Below the pieces are notes generated by a model. That model did not search any database. It was not told the DNA's origin and was given only the letters and a program-made list of their open reading frames with translations. Below are positions 24,537 to 34,237 of a DNA stretch of 64,000 nucleotides, piece after piece. Position numbers and translations under genes: made by a program. Every line of letters starts with the position of its first letter. Positions within the stretch are counted from its first letter, which is position 1. The DNA comes from Candidatus Eiseniibacteriota bacterium (GTDB taxonomy: Bacteria; Eisenbacteria; RBG-16-71-46). The stretch covers positions 320,001 through 384,000 of the forward strand of contig CAVUWA010000009.1 of assembly GCA_963744995.1 (NCBI GenBank), in the 5' to 3' direction.

Positions 24537-25312
24537 GCGCGACGCTGATCCATCCAGCCGCGTTCGTCGACGAGCGCGCCCGGCTCGGCGAGGGCGTCAC
24601 GATCGGGCCGGGCGCGGTGATCGGCCCCGACGTTCAGGTCGGCGACGGCACCCACGTCGGCAGTCACACGCTGCTCACCGGCCATACGACGATCGGTCGC
24701 GAGTGCCGCATCCACCACGGCGCGGTGCTCGGCTCGCCGCCCCAGGACCTCAAGTTCCGCGGCGAAAAGAGCTTTCTGGAGATCGGCGATCACACCGAGG
24801 TGCGCGAGTACGTCACCGCCAACGTCGCCAGCGAGGAGGGCGCCACGACGCGGGTCGGCGCGCGCTGCCTGCTCATGGCCTACGCCCACATCGCCCACAA
24901 CTGCGAGCTCGGCGATCAGGTGATCGTCGCCAACGCGGTGCAGTTCGCCGGCTACGTGACGGTGGACGACTGGGCGATCGTCGGCGGCGGCACCGTCGTG
25001 CATCAGTTCGTCCGCATCGGCCGCCACTGCATGATCGGCGGCGGCTCGCGGATCTCGCAGGATGTCGCGCCGTTCGTGAAGCTGGCCGGCAGCCCGCCGC
25101 GGCTCGCGGGGGTGAACCGGATCGGACTCGAGCGGCGTCGTTTCGCGAGTGCCACGATCGACGCGCTGGAGCGCGCCTACCGCGTGGTGTTTCGCGAAGG
25201 ACTCACGGTCGGTGAGGCTGCCGCGCGGTTGCGGGAGGCGTTCCCCGGCGTGCCCGAGATCGAGCACTTCGCGCGCTTCGCCGAGACCTCGGTGCGCGGC
25301 CTGACCCGGTAG
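24533..25312 (+). CDS. lpxA: Acyl-ACP--UDP-N-acetylglucosamine O-acyltransferase
   Basis: IHP.A, PQDLKF, HIAHNC, VHQF.RIG. Confidence 0.95.
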   Translation: MSATLIHPAAFVDERARLGEGVTIGPGAVIGPDVQVGDGTHVGSHTLLTGHTTIGRECRIHHGAVLGSPPQDLKFRGEKSFLEIGDHTEVREYVTANVASEEGATTRVGARCLLMAYAHIAHNCELGDQVIVANAVQFAGYVTVDDWAIVGGGTVVHQFVRIGRHCMIGGGSRISQDVAPFVKLAGSPPRLAGVNRIGLERRRFASATIDALERAYRVVFREGLTVGEAAARLREAFPGVPEIEHFARFAETSVRGLTR

Positions 25313-25321
25313 GAGGCGGAC

Positions 25322-26317
25322 ATGGAACCGGTGCGTGTCGGCGTCTGGGGCGTCGGCGTCTGGGGCGAAAAACACGCGCGCGTCTACCACGCGATTCCGG
25401 AAGCGGAACTGGTCGGCGTGTTCGACCAGGATGGCGCGCGCGCGCAGGCGGCGGTCGAGGCGTACGGCGGCCGCGCGTTCGAGAGTCCGGAGGCGCTGCT
25501 GGCCGAGTGCGAGGCCGTCTCGGTGGCCGTTCCCACGGTGGCCCATCGGGAGGCCGCGGAGCGGGCGCTCGCCGCGGGGCGGCACGTGCTGGTCGAGAAG
25601 CCGATGGCGCCCTCGGTCGCCGATGCGGAGGCGATGATCGCCGCGGCGGCGCGCGCCGGAACGACGCTGCAGGTCGGCCACGTCGAGCGCTTCAATCCCG
25701 CCTGGCTGGCGGCGCGCTCGCACGTCGACCGGCCCAAGTTCATCGAGGCGCACCGGCTCGCCCTGTTCCAGCCGCGCTCGCTCGACGTGGACGTCGTGTT
25801 CGATCTCATGATTCACGACCTGGATCTGGTGCTCGACACGGTGCGCGCGCCGCTCGCGCACGTCTCCGCGGTCGGCGTCGCGGTGCTCTCCAGGAACGAG
25901 GACATCGCCAACGCGCGGCTCGAGTTCGAGGACGGCTGCGTGGCGAACCTCACCGCGAGCCGCGTGTCGCAGGATCGCCTGCGGCGGATCCGTTTCTTCC
26001 AGGCCGACAGCTATCTGTCGGTGGATCTGTTCGCGCGCGCCGGCGACCATCTGCGCATGCGCCGCTCGCCGGCGCCGGGCGCGGGGGGCGGCCTCGCCGC
26101 GCTCGCCGGCATGTTCGAGCGGCGGACGCTCGAGGTCGCCGCAGGCGAGCCGCTCTCGCTCGAACTGGCCGCGTTCCTGCGCTCGCTCAGCGGCGCGGGC
26201 GGCGGCGCGGCGCCCGCGATGGCCGGGCGCGACGCGCTGCGCGTGGCCGAGCAGGTGCGCGAGGCCATGAAGCAGCGCTCGCAGCTGTGGGCCGCGAACC
26301 CGACCGCCGCTTCCTGA
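25322..26317 (+). CDS. Gfo/Idh/MocA oxidoreductase, probable GnnA-like UDP-GlcNAc 3-dehydrogenase
   Basis: G.G..G, LVEKP, QVGHVERFNP, DLMIHDLD, ANLTASRVS; located between lpxA and lpxB. Confidence 0.75.
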   Translation: MEPVRVGVWGVGVWGEKHARVYHAIPEAELVGVFDQDGARAQAAVEAYGGRAFESPEALLAECEAVSVAVPTVAHREAAERALAAGRHVLVEKPMAPSVADAEAMIAAAARAGTTLQVGHVERFNPAWLAARSHVDRPKFIEAHRLALFQPRSLDVDVVFDLMIHDLDLVLDTVRAPLAHVSAVGVAVLSRNEDIANARLEFEDGCVANLTASRVSQDRLRRIRFFQADSYLSVDLFARAGDHLRMRRSPAPGAGGGLAALAGMFERRTLEVAAGEPLSLELAAFLRSLSGAGGGAAPAMAGRDALRVAEQVREAMKQRSQLWAANPTAAS

Positions 26318-27411
26318 TCGTCGTCGGCGAAGCCTCCGGCGACCGCCACGCCGCGCGTCTGGTGCGCGCGCTGCGGACGCTGGGGCCGTGCACGTTCCGC
26401 GGGGTGGCGGGGCCCGCGCTGCGCGCCGCAGGCGTCGGCGAAGTGGTGCCGATGGAGTCGCTGGCGGTGATCGGCTTTTCCGGGATCCTCGCGCGGCTGC
26501 CGGCGATCCTCGCTGCGCGCGCGAAGCTGCTTGGCGAGCTGCAGCGCTTCCGGCCGCACGCGGTGGTGCTGGTGGACTACCCGGGCTTCAACCTGCGGCT
26601 CGGGCCGCAGATGAAGGCGCGCGGCGGCCGGATCTTCTACTACATCGCGCCCCAGGTGTGGGCGTGGCACCCGGAGCGCGCGCAGGCGATGGCGCGGTGG
26701 GTGGACGCGCTGGCCGTGGTGTTCCGCTTCGAAGTGCCGATCTTCGAGGCGGCCGGCGTGCACACGCACTTCGTCGGCCATCCGCTGGTGGACGAGCTGG
26801 AGGTCGAGACGGACGAAGCGGCGCTGCGCGCGGCTCTGGGTGCGGCCGACGGGCGGCCGCTCCTGGGCCTGCTGCCCGGCAGCCGCAGGCAGGAGCTGCA
26901 GCGGCACCTGCAGCCGCTGATCGAGGTCGCGCGGAGGGTGCGGGCCGTGCGCCCGGAGGTGCTGCCGGTGCTGGCGCTCGCGCCCGGGCTCGATGCCGGC
27001 GTGCCGGCGGACGCGGGGATCGCCGTGGTGCGGGGCCGCACCCACGCCGTGCAGGCGTTCGCTACCGCATGCGTGGTCGCCTCGGGCACCGCGACGCTCG
27101 AGACCGCGCTGTTCGGCACCCCGCTCGCCATCGTGTACCGGGTCGGCATGCTCAACTATCTGATCGCGCGGCGGTTGATCCGGATCGCGCGGATCGGCCT
27201 GCCGAACATCGTGTGTGGCGAGGAGGTCGCGCCGGAGTTCGTGCAGAGCGACTTCAGGCCTGGAGCGGTGGCGCAGGCGGTCCTGCCCTGGCTCACGGAT
27301 CCCGTGGCGCGCGCGGCGCAGTCGGCGCGGCTGGCGCGGGTGCGCGAGGCACTGGGCGGCGAGGGAGCGTCGCTGCGCGCGGCGCGGGCGCTGTGGACGC
27401 TGGCGTCGTGA
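26287..27411 (+). CDS. lpxB: Lipid-A-disaccharide synthase
   Basis: GEASGD, DYPGFN, YYIAPQVWAW, FVGHPL, LLPGSR, SGTATLE. Confidence 0.95.
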   Translation: MGREPDRRFLIVVGEASGDRHAARLVRALRTLGPCTFRGVAGPALRAAGVGEVVPMESLAVIGFSGILARLPAILAARAKLLGELQRFRPHAVVLVDYPGFNLRLGPQMKARGGRIFYYIAPQVWAWHPERAQAMARWVDALAVVFRFEVPIFEAAGVHTHFVGHPLVDELEVETDEAALRAALGAADGRPLLGLLPGSRRQELQRHLQPLIEVARRVRAVRPEVLPVLALAPGLDAGVPADAGIAVVRGRTHAVQAFATACVVASGTATLETALFGTPLAIVYRVGMLNYLIARRLIRIARIGLPNIVCGEEVAPEFVQSDFRPGAVAQAVLPWLTDPVARAAQSARLARVREALGGEGASLRAARALWTLAS

Positions 27412-28049
27412 GACGCCATCCGTGGTGGATCGCTCCTGCGGCCACCCTCGGCGCCTGGCTGATGTGGGCGTGGGGGCGGACATGGCGGGTCGAGCGGGTG
27501 CGCGAGGCGGCCTTCACGGAGCCGGTGATCTATGCGTTCTGGCACGCGCGCATGCTGCCGCTCGTCTGGGCGCATCGGGGCGGGGGCGCGGCGGTCCTGG
27601 TCAGCCGGCATGCCGACGGCGAGCTGATCGCGCGGCTCATCGAGCGGCTCGGTTTCGTGACGGCGCGCGGATCGAGCACGCGTGGAGGAGAGGAGGGCCT
27701 GCGGGAGATGGTGGCGCGTCTCGAGGAGGGGCGCGCGGCGGGCGTCACGCCCGACGGGCCGCGCGGCCCCGCGCGCGTGGCGAAGAGCGGCGTCGCCTAC
27801 CTCGCCGGCCGCACCGGCAGGCTGGTGGTGCCGCTCGGCGCCGCCGCCGCCCGCGGCCGGACGCTCGGCTCCTGGGACGGTTTCCGCGTGCCCGCGCCGT
27901 TCACGCGCGTGGTGCTCGTCTACGGCGCGCCGCTGCGCGTGCCGCCGGCGCCGGATGCCGCGACCCTCGCCGAGTGGAGCCAGCGCATCGGCGCCGCGAT
28001 CGACGCCGTCACCGCGCGTGCGGATGCCATGGCCGGAGCGCGCCCGTGA
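27408..28049 (+). CDS. DUF374 / LpxJ-like lipid A secondary acyltransferase
   Basis: YAFWH, S.H.DGE, RGSS.RGG, TPDGPRGP. Confidence 0.8.
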   Translation: MRRHPWWIAPAATLGAWLMWAWGRTWRVERVREAAFTEPVIYAFWHARMLPLVWAHRGGGAAVLVSRHADGELIARLIERLGFVTARGSSTRGGEEGLREMVARLEEGRAAGVTPDGPRGPARVAKSGVAYLAGRTGRLVVPLGAAAARGRTLGSWDGFRVPAPFTRVVLVYGAPLRVPPAPDAATLAEWSQRIGAAIDAVTARADAMAGARP

Positions 28050-29284
28050 GCCTGGCATGGACGCTCTACCGGCTCGCGGCGCCATGGGCCGGACGCCTGA
28101 GCCCGCTGGCCCGTCCGTTCCTGCCGGCGGAAGAGCGCGCCCTCTGGCCCGAGCGCCGCGGGCTGGGGCCGCCCGCGCCCGCCGACGTCTGGATGCACGC
28201 CGCCTCGATGGGCGAAACGGGCGCGGTCCGTCCGCTGCTCGACGCGTTCCGCGCCTCCCGGCCCGGGGTGCGCGTCCACGCGACCGCGACCACCCGCTCG
28301 GGGCGCGCGCGGCTCGCCGGGTTCGGGCTCGATGCCACCCTCGCGCCGCTCGACGATCCGGATTCGACCGGGCGCTTCTTCGAGCGGATCCGGCCGCAGC
28401 GCGTGGTGATCCTCGAGACCGAACTCTGGCCGCACTGGCTGATCGAAGCGGCGCGCCGCGGCGTGCCGGTGGCGTTCGTGAGCGCGCGGCTCTCGGCGCG
28501 CTCGCTCCGCGGCTACCTGCGTCTCGGCCGCCCGCTCGCGCGCCTCGCCGCGGGGCTCGCCGCCGTCCTCTGCCAGAGCGCGGCCGACGCGCGGCGCTGG
28601 CTTGAGCTCGGTGCGCCCGAGGCGCGCTGCACGGTGATCGGTAATCTGAAGAACGACGCGCTCCCCGTGCCCGGGGACGTGCGCGCGCAGCGGCGCGAGC
28701 TGGGCTTCGATCCCGAGCGCCCGCTGCTGGTGCTCGGCAGCCTGCGTCCGGGCGAGGCGGCGGCGCTCGCGCCCGCGTGGCACGCGCTGCCCGCGGCGGT
28801 GCGGGCGCGCTGGCAGGTGGCGGTCGTCCCGCGCCACCCCGACGCGGCCGCCGCGCTCATGCGCGAGGCGGCCGCCGCCGGGCTGCCCGCGGGGGAGGGC
28901 GGCGGCGCCGGGTGGCGCTGGGATACGCGCCTGGGGGTGCTGCGCGATTACTACGCGGCGGCCGACGTCGCCTTCGTCGGCGGCAGCCTCGCGCGCTTCG
29001 GCGGGCATCATCCGCTGGAGCCGGCGGCCGCCGGCGCGGCGGTCGCGGTCGGCCCGCACACGGAGAGCCAGGCGGAGGCCGTGCGCGCGCTCCGGGCGGC
29101 GGAGGCCCTGCCGCCGATCGGTGATGCGCAGGCGGCGCGCGACTTCCTGACCCTGCTGCTCGTGGACGACGCCGAACGGGCGCGCCGGGCCGCTGCCGCG
29201 ACGGCGGCGGCCGGCGCGGCGCGCGGCGCCACCCGGCGGGCCATGGCCGAGCTCGGCCGGCTCGGTTTCTGGCCGATCGCATGA
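28046..29284 (+). CDS. waaA: Kdo transferase
   Basis: W.HAASMGE, AP.D, ETELWP, GNLK.D, VPRHP, FVGGSL...GGH.PLEPA. Confidence 0.93.
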   Translation: MSLAWTLYRLAAPWAGRLSPLARPFLPAEERALWPERRGLGPPAPADVWMHAASMGETGAVRPLLDAFRASRPGVRVHATATTRSGRARLAGFGLDATLAPLDDPDSTGRFFERIRPQRVVILETELWPHWLIEAARRGVPVAFVSARLSARSLRGYLRLGRPLARLAAGLAAVLCQSAADARRWLELGAPEARCTVIGNLKNDALPVPGDVRAQRRELGFDPERPLLVLGSLRPGEAAALAPAWHALPAAVRARWQVAVVPRHPDAAAALMREAAAAGLPAGEGGGAGWRWDTRLGVLRDYYAAADVAFVGGSLARFGGHHPLEPAAAGAAVAVGPHTESQAEAVRALRAAEALPPIGDAQAARDFLTLLLVDDAERARRAAAATAAAGAARGATRRAMAELGRLGFWPIA

Positions 29285-30228
29285 ACGCGCTCCTCGCCGC
29301 GGCGGCCCGGGCGTACGGGCTCGGCTGGGAACTCAGGCGCCGCGCCTACGCGCTCGGACTCGTCCGGCAGGTGCGCGCCCGCACGCGCGTGGTATCGATC
29401 GGCAACCTGACCGTAGGCGGCACCGGCAAGACCACGTGCGTCCTGCATCTGGCCGCACGCGCCCTCGAAGCCGGTCTCGACGTCGGCGTCGTCTGCCGGC
29501 GCTATCGTCCGGGTCCCGCCGGGGAAGGCGACGAGGAACGCATGTACCGCGAGCGGATCGGGCGGGAGCGCGTCTACGCGGGGACGCGCAAGTGGCGCCT
29601 CGCGCTCGACGCCGCCGCCGACGGGCGGGCCCTGGTGCTGGTGGACGACGGCTTCTCGCACTGGCGGCTGCATCGCGATCTCGACGTGCTGCTGGTGGAT
29701 GCCCAGGATCCGTTCGGCGGCGGCGCGCTGCTGCCCGCGGGACGCCTGCGCGAGCCGCTGCGCGCGGTGCAGCGCGCGGGCGCCGTGGTGCTGACGCGCG
29801 CGCCCGCCCCCCCTGCGCCGGAGCTCGCCCGGGAGATCGCCCGCCTGGCGCCGGCGGCGGCGTTCGCGCGCGCCTCCCACCGGGTGACCGGTGTGCGCGC
29901 ACACGGCGACGCCCCGCGCATGAGCGGGCGCGCATGGCTGGTGACGGCGACGGGCCGCCCGCGCGCGGTCGAGCGTTCCGCACGCGAGGCCGGGCTCGAG
30001 GTCGCCGGGACCTCGTTCTACCGCGACCACCACTGGTTCAGCGACGACGAGGCGCGGCGCGAGGCGGCGCACGCGGCCCGCGCCGACGCCTTTCTTCTCC
30101 TCACGGCCAAGGATGCCGTACGCTGGCCCGCCGCCGGCGGCCCGGCTGCGGTGCTCGAGGTCTCGTGGGCGTGGCATGAAGGAGGCGATGCGGTGGAGCG
30201 CATGGTGCTCGAAGGCGGCGCAGGGTGA
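29281..30228 (+). CDS. lpxK: Tetraacyldisaccharide 4'-kinase
   Basis: SIGNLTVGGTGKT, GDE, DDGFSH, LPAG.LREP, DHH, T.KD. Confidence 0.93.
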   Translation: MNALLAAAARAYGLGWELRRRAYALGLVRQVRARTRVVSIGNLTVGGTGKTTCVLHLAARALEAGLDVGVVCRRYRPGPAGEGDEERMYRERIGRERVYAGTRKWRLALDAAADGRALVLVDDGFSHWRLHRDLDVLLVDAQDPFGGGALLPAGRLREPLRAVQRAGAVVLTRAPAPPAPELAREIARLAPAAAFARASHRVTGVRAHGDAPRMSGRAWLVTATGRPRAVERSAREAGLEVAGTSFYRDHHWFSDDEARREAAHAARADAFLLLTAKDAVRWPAAGGPAAVLEVSWAWHEGGDAVERMVLEGGAG

Positions 30229-31862
30229 GCGGCGAGACCGACGTGCTGATCCTCGGCAGCGGCATCGCCGGGCTGATGCTGGCGCTGAACGCGGCCGAGT
30301 ACGGTGAGGTGATCGTGCTCACCAAGAAGGCGGCGGAGGATTCGAGCACCAACTGGGCGCAGGGCGGGATCGCCGCCGTGTTCGACCGCGAGGATTCGTT
30401 CCGCGACCACGAACGCGACACGCTCGCCTGCGGCGCCGGGCTGTGCGATCCGCGCGTGGTGCGGCAGGTGGTGAGCGAGGCGCCCGAGCGGGTGCGTGAG
30501 CTCGAGGCGCTCGGGGTGCAGTTCGATCGCGGCGCGCGCGGCTTCCTGCTCGGCCGCGAGGGCGGGCACTCGCGGCGCCGGATCGTGCATGCGCACGACC
30601 TCACCGGGCGCGCGATCGAGACGGCGCTGGTCGAGCGCGTGCGCGCCCACCCCCGGATCCGGATGGTCGAAGGCCGGTTCGCGGTCGACCTGATCATCCA
30701 GTCGCGCATGCGGCGGCGGGCGCCGAACGGCGCCGACGCATGCTGGGGCGCGTACGTGATGGACGTCGCCACCGGCCGCATCCATCCGCTCACCGCCCGC
30801 GTCACCGCGCTCGCGACCGGCGGCTGCGGCAAGGTCTACCTGTACACGACCAATCCGGACATCGCGACGGGCGACGGCATCGCGATGGCGTACCGCGCCG
30901 GCGCGCCGGTGACCGACATGGAGTTCGTCCAGTTCCATCCGACCTGCCTCTACGACCCGCGCGCGAAGTCGTTCCTGCTCTCGGAGGCGCTGCGCGGAGA
31001 GGGCGCGGTGCTGCGCACCATGGACGGCACGCGCTTCATGCCGCGCTACCATCGCATGGCGGAGCTGGCGCCGCGCGACGTGGTTGCACGGGCGATCGAC
31101 CGCGAGATGAAATTGCGCGGCGAGCCGCACGTCTACCTGGACATCAGCCACCGCAGGACGGCCGAGGTGCGGCGGCGCTTCCCGGGGATCGGCGCGCGCC
31201 TGGCCACCTACGGCTACGATCTCGCGAAAGAGCCGATCCCGGTCGTCCCGGCGGCGCACTACATGTGCGGCGGTGTGCGTGCCTCGCTCACCGGGCGCAC
31301 CGCGCTCCACGGCCTGCTCGCGCTCGGCGAGGTCGCCTGCACGGGCCTGCACGGTGCGAACCGACTGGCCAGCAATTCGCTGCTCGAAGCGCTGGTCGCG
31401 GCGCATCACGCCGGCAGGCAGGTGCGCGAGCGCCTGCGCCGCGCCGGCCGGCCGCCGCGTCCCGCGCCGTGGTCGACGCGCGGAACGTCGCCGCCGCACG
31501 AGAAGGTGGTTTTCGATCACCACTGGGATGCGGTGCGCCGGGTGATGTGGGATCTGGTCGGCATCGTGCGCAGCGACCGGCGCCTCGCCTTCGCCGAGCG
31601 GCGTCTGGCCCTGTTCTCCGAGGAGATCGAGCGCGACTACCTGCGCCTGAAGCTGCAGCCGGATTTCATCGAGCTGCGCAACATCGCGCTGGTCGGCACG
31701 CTCATCGTGCGGGCCGCCAAGGCCCGCCACGAGAGCCGCGGGCTGCACTACACGCTCGACCATCCGCACCGGGCCGCGGGACGCGCGCCGCGCTCGCGTA
31801 CGTTCCGGCGCCGCCGTCCGTTCCGGCGGCGTCTTGCCCGTTCGGCGGCCCTCGACCTATAG
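30225..31862 (+). CDS. nadB: L-aspartate oxidase
   Basis: GSGIAG, AQGGIAA, EGGHSRRRI.H, EFVQFHPT, AHYMCGG, LHGANRLASNSL, ESRGLH. Confidence 0.94.
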   Translation: MSGETDVLILGSGIAGLMLALNAAEYGEVIVLTKKAAEDSSTNWAQGGIAAVFDREDSFRDHERDTLACGAGLCDPRVVRQVVSEAPERVRELEALGVQFDRGARGFLLGREGGHSRRRIVHAHDLTGRAIETALVERVRAHPRIRMVEGRFAVDLIIQSRMRRRAPNGADACWGAYVMDVATGRIHPLTARVTALATGGCGKVYLYTTNPDIATGDGIAMAYRAGAPVTDMEFVQFHPTCLYDPRAKSFLLSEALRGEGAVLRTMDGTRFMPRYHRMAELAPRDVVARAIDREMKLRGEPHVYLDISHRRTAEVRRRFPGIGARLATYGYDLAKEPIPVVPAAHYMCGGVRASLTGRTALHGLLALGEVACTGLHGANRLASNSLLEALVAAHHAGRQVRERLRRAGRPPRPAPWSTRGTSPPHEKVVFDHHWDAVRRVMWDLVGIVRSDRRLAFAERRLALFSEEIERDYLRLKLQPDFIELRNIALVGTLIVRAAKARHESRGLHYTLDHPHRAAGRAPRSRTFRRRRPFRRRLARSAALDL

Positions 31863-31863
31863 T
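31834..31863 (+). promoter_or_regulatory. Putative sigma70 promoter overlapping the nadB stop
   Basis: TTGCCC (31834-31839), 18 bp, TATAGT (31858-31863). Confidence 0.5.
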
Positions 31864-31886
31864 CCGCGGGTCCCGCCGGGACACTC

Positions 31887-32294
31887 ATGAACAGCTCCGA
31901 ACCGACCTTCTGGGACGCGGTCGACCTGATCCGCGAGCAGGACGACGGCTTCCGCCGCGAAGCCTACGGCTTCGTCGTGGCCGCACTCGGCGTCGTGGTG
32001 CAGGCGCTGCCCGAGACGCGCCGCGCCGACCCTGAACGCCGCCACCTGACGGGCGGGGAACTGCTGCGGGGCGTCGTGCGCCTTGCGCGCGACGAATTCG
32101 GCATGCTCGCCCCCACGGTGTTCCGCGAGTGGGGGATCCGCTCCTCGGAGGACATCGGCCGGATCGTCTTCCAGCTCGTCGAAAGCGGCCAGCTGAGCGC
32201 CCGTCCGGAAGATCGCCTCGAGGACTTTCAGGGCGGCCCGGATCTGTTCGCCGCGCTCACGGAGAATCTCGACCTGGGCTCGCGCCGGAACTGA
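31887..32294 (+). CDS. Conserved hypothetical protein, Minf_1886-like family
   Basis: AYGFV..AL, RHLTG.EL, EFG.LA..V..EWGI...ED.G.IVF.LV pattern recalled for this family. Confidence 0.7.
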   Translation: MNSSEPTFWDAVDLIREQDDGFRREAYGFVVAALGVVVQALPETRRADPERRHLTGGELLRGVVRLARDEFGMLAPTVFREWGIRSSEDIGRIVFQLVESGQLSARPEDRLEDFQGGPDLFAALTENLDLGSRRN

Positions 32295-32298
32295 CGGC

Positions 32299-34218
32299 GT
32301 GAAGGCATACGTCCGCCTGCTCGGCTACCTGCGTCCGTACCTGGGGCGCCTGTCGGCCGCCATCCTCTGCATGGTGCTCTATGCCGCCATGTCCGGCCTG
32401 TCGCTGGGCATGATCTCGCCGTTCATGCAGATCCTGTTCAGGCCCGGGGCCGCGGCGGTGGTGGAGACGCGCGGCGCGCCGGCCGCGGGAGAAACGGCGA
32501 CGGAGACGCGCGAACCGCCGGCGGCCGGCGCGGCCCGCCCGGCGCCGGGGGCGGCGGCCGCGGCGAGTCCGCGGCTGGACCTGGCCCGCCTGCTGCCGCC
32601 CGCCTGGCGCGCGCGCGCCGACGCGCTCCTGCTGGACGTCCCGCCGCTCAAGGCGCTCGAGCGCATCTGCGTGCTGTTCCTGATCGTGTTCCTGGTGAAG
32701 AACGTGAGCGACTACCTGCAGGCGTTCCTCATGGTGTCGGTGGAGCAGGCGGCGATCCGTGATCTGCGCAACGGACTGTTCGAGCACCTGCACCGGCTGT
32801 CGCTGGCCTTCTTCCAGGGTCGCCGCAGCGGCGCGCTGATCTCGGGAGTGACCAACGACGTCGAGTACCTGCGCGCCTCGCTCGCCGCCGGAATCAGCAA
32901 CCTGATCAAGGACTCGCTGACGCTGCTGGTGAGCCTGGCGTGGGCGTTCTGGGTGTCGTGGAAGCTCGCGCTGTTGTCGATGGTGATCCTGCCGCCTGCG
33001 GCGCTCACGCTGGCCGTCATCGGGCGCAAGATGCGCAAGCGCTCCGGACAGGCACAGGAGCGCATGGGCGACCTCACCGGCATCCTGCAGGAGTCGCTGG
33101 CCGGCGCGCGCGTGGTGAAGGCTTTCGGCGCCGAGGGTCACGAGGCGTTGCGGTTCCGCACCGCGAACCAGCGCTACTACCGCGCCTTCGTCCATCTGCG
33201 CCGCGTGTCGGCTGCGGCGCGGCCGCTCAGCGAGTACGCGCTGGTCGCCGTCGCAGTGGCGATGATGTGGCTCGGGGGCCGCGAGATCTTCCTCGGCGGC
33301 ACGCTCGAGCCGCAGCAGTTCATGCTGTTCGTCGGCGCGCTGCTGACCACGATCTCGCCGATCAAGAGCCTTTCGGAAGTGAACGCGAACGTGCAGCAGG
33401 GCGTCGCCGCCGCGCAGCGCGTGTTCCGGTTGATCGACACCGCGCCGGAGATCGCCGACCGGCCGGAGGCGCGCGCCGTCGCCCCGCCGGTCGAGTGCAT
33501 CGTGTTCGAGAACGTCGCCTTCGAATACCAGGCCGATCTTCCCGTGTTGCGCGGGGTGAATCTCGAGGTGCGGCGCGGCGAAGTGGTGGCGCTGGTCGGC
33601 TCGAGCGGCGCGGGCAAGAGCACGACGCTGGACCTGCTGGCCCGCTTCTACGATCCGACCGGCGGTCGCATTGCGGTGGACGGAGTGGACCTGCGTGATC
33701 TGACGGTGGGGTCGTGGCGGTCGCAGCTCGGGATCGTGACGCAGGAGACGATCCTGTTCCACGACACGATTCGCGGCAACATCGCCTACGGCGCGCCGGA
33801 TGCGCTGCAGGCCGACATCGAGGCGGCCGCCCGCGCCGCCAACGCCCACGGATTCATCGACCGGCTGCCGGATGGCTACGACACCGTGATCGGCGACCGG
33901 GGCACGCGGCTCTCGGGCGGCGAGCGGCAACGCGTCGCCATCGCGCGCGCGCTGCTCCGCAACCCGCCCGTGCTGCTGCTCGACGAGGCGACGTCCTCGC
34001 TCGACACCGAGAGCGAGCGTCTGGTGCAGGACGCGCTCGAGCGGCTGATGCGCGAGCGCACGGTGCTGGTGATCGCCCACCGGCTCTCCACCGTCCAGCA
34101 CGCGGACCGTATCGTCGTGTTCGAGAAGGGCCGGATCGTGGCGGCCGGGCGGCACGACGAGCTGATCGCCCAGGACGGCCTCTACCGCCGCCTCTACGAC
34201 CTGCAGTTCGTCGCATGA
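32299..34218 (+). CDS. msbA: Lipid A flippase MsbA-like ABC exporter
   Basis: TMD plus NBD (GSSGAGKST, LSGGERQR, LDEATS); LPS gene context. Confidence 0.8.
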   Translation: MKAYVRLLGYLRPYLGRLSAAILCMVLYAAMSGLSLGMISPFMQILFRPGAAAVVETRGAPAAGETATETREPPAAGAARPAPGAAAAASPRLDLARLLPPAWRARADALLLDVPPLKALERICVLFLIVFLVKNVSDYLQAFLMVSVEQAAIRDLRNGLFEHLHRLSLAFFQGRRSGALISGVTNDVEYLRASLAAGISNLIKDSLTLLVSLAWAFWVSWKLALLSMVILPPAALTLAVIGRKMRKRSGQAQERMGDLTGILQESLAGARVVKAFGAEGHEALRFRTANQRYYRAFVHLRRVSAAARPLSEYALVAVAVAMMWLGGREIFLGGTLEPQQFMLFVGALLTTISPIKSLSEVNANVQQGVAAAQRVFRLIDTAPEIADRPEARAVAPPVECIVFENVAFEYQADLPVLRGVNLEVRRGEVVALVGSSGAGKSTTLDLLARFYDPTGGRIAVDGVDLRDLTVGSWRSQLGIVTQETILFHDTIRGNIAYGAPDALQADIEAAARAANAHGFIDRLPDGYDTVIGDRGTRLSGGERQRVAIARALLRNPPVLLLDEATSSLDTESERLVQDALERLMRERTVLVIAHRLSTVQHADRIVVFEKGRIVAAGRHDELIAQDGLYRRLYDLQFVA

Positions 34219-34237
34219 GCCGTACGCGGGGACGACG

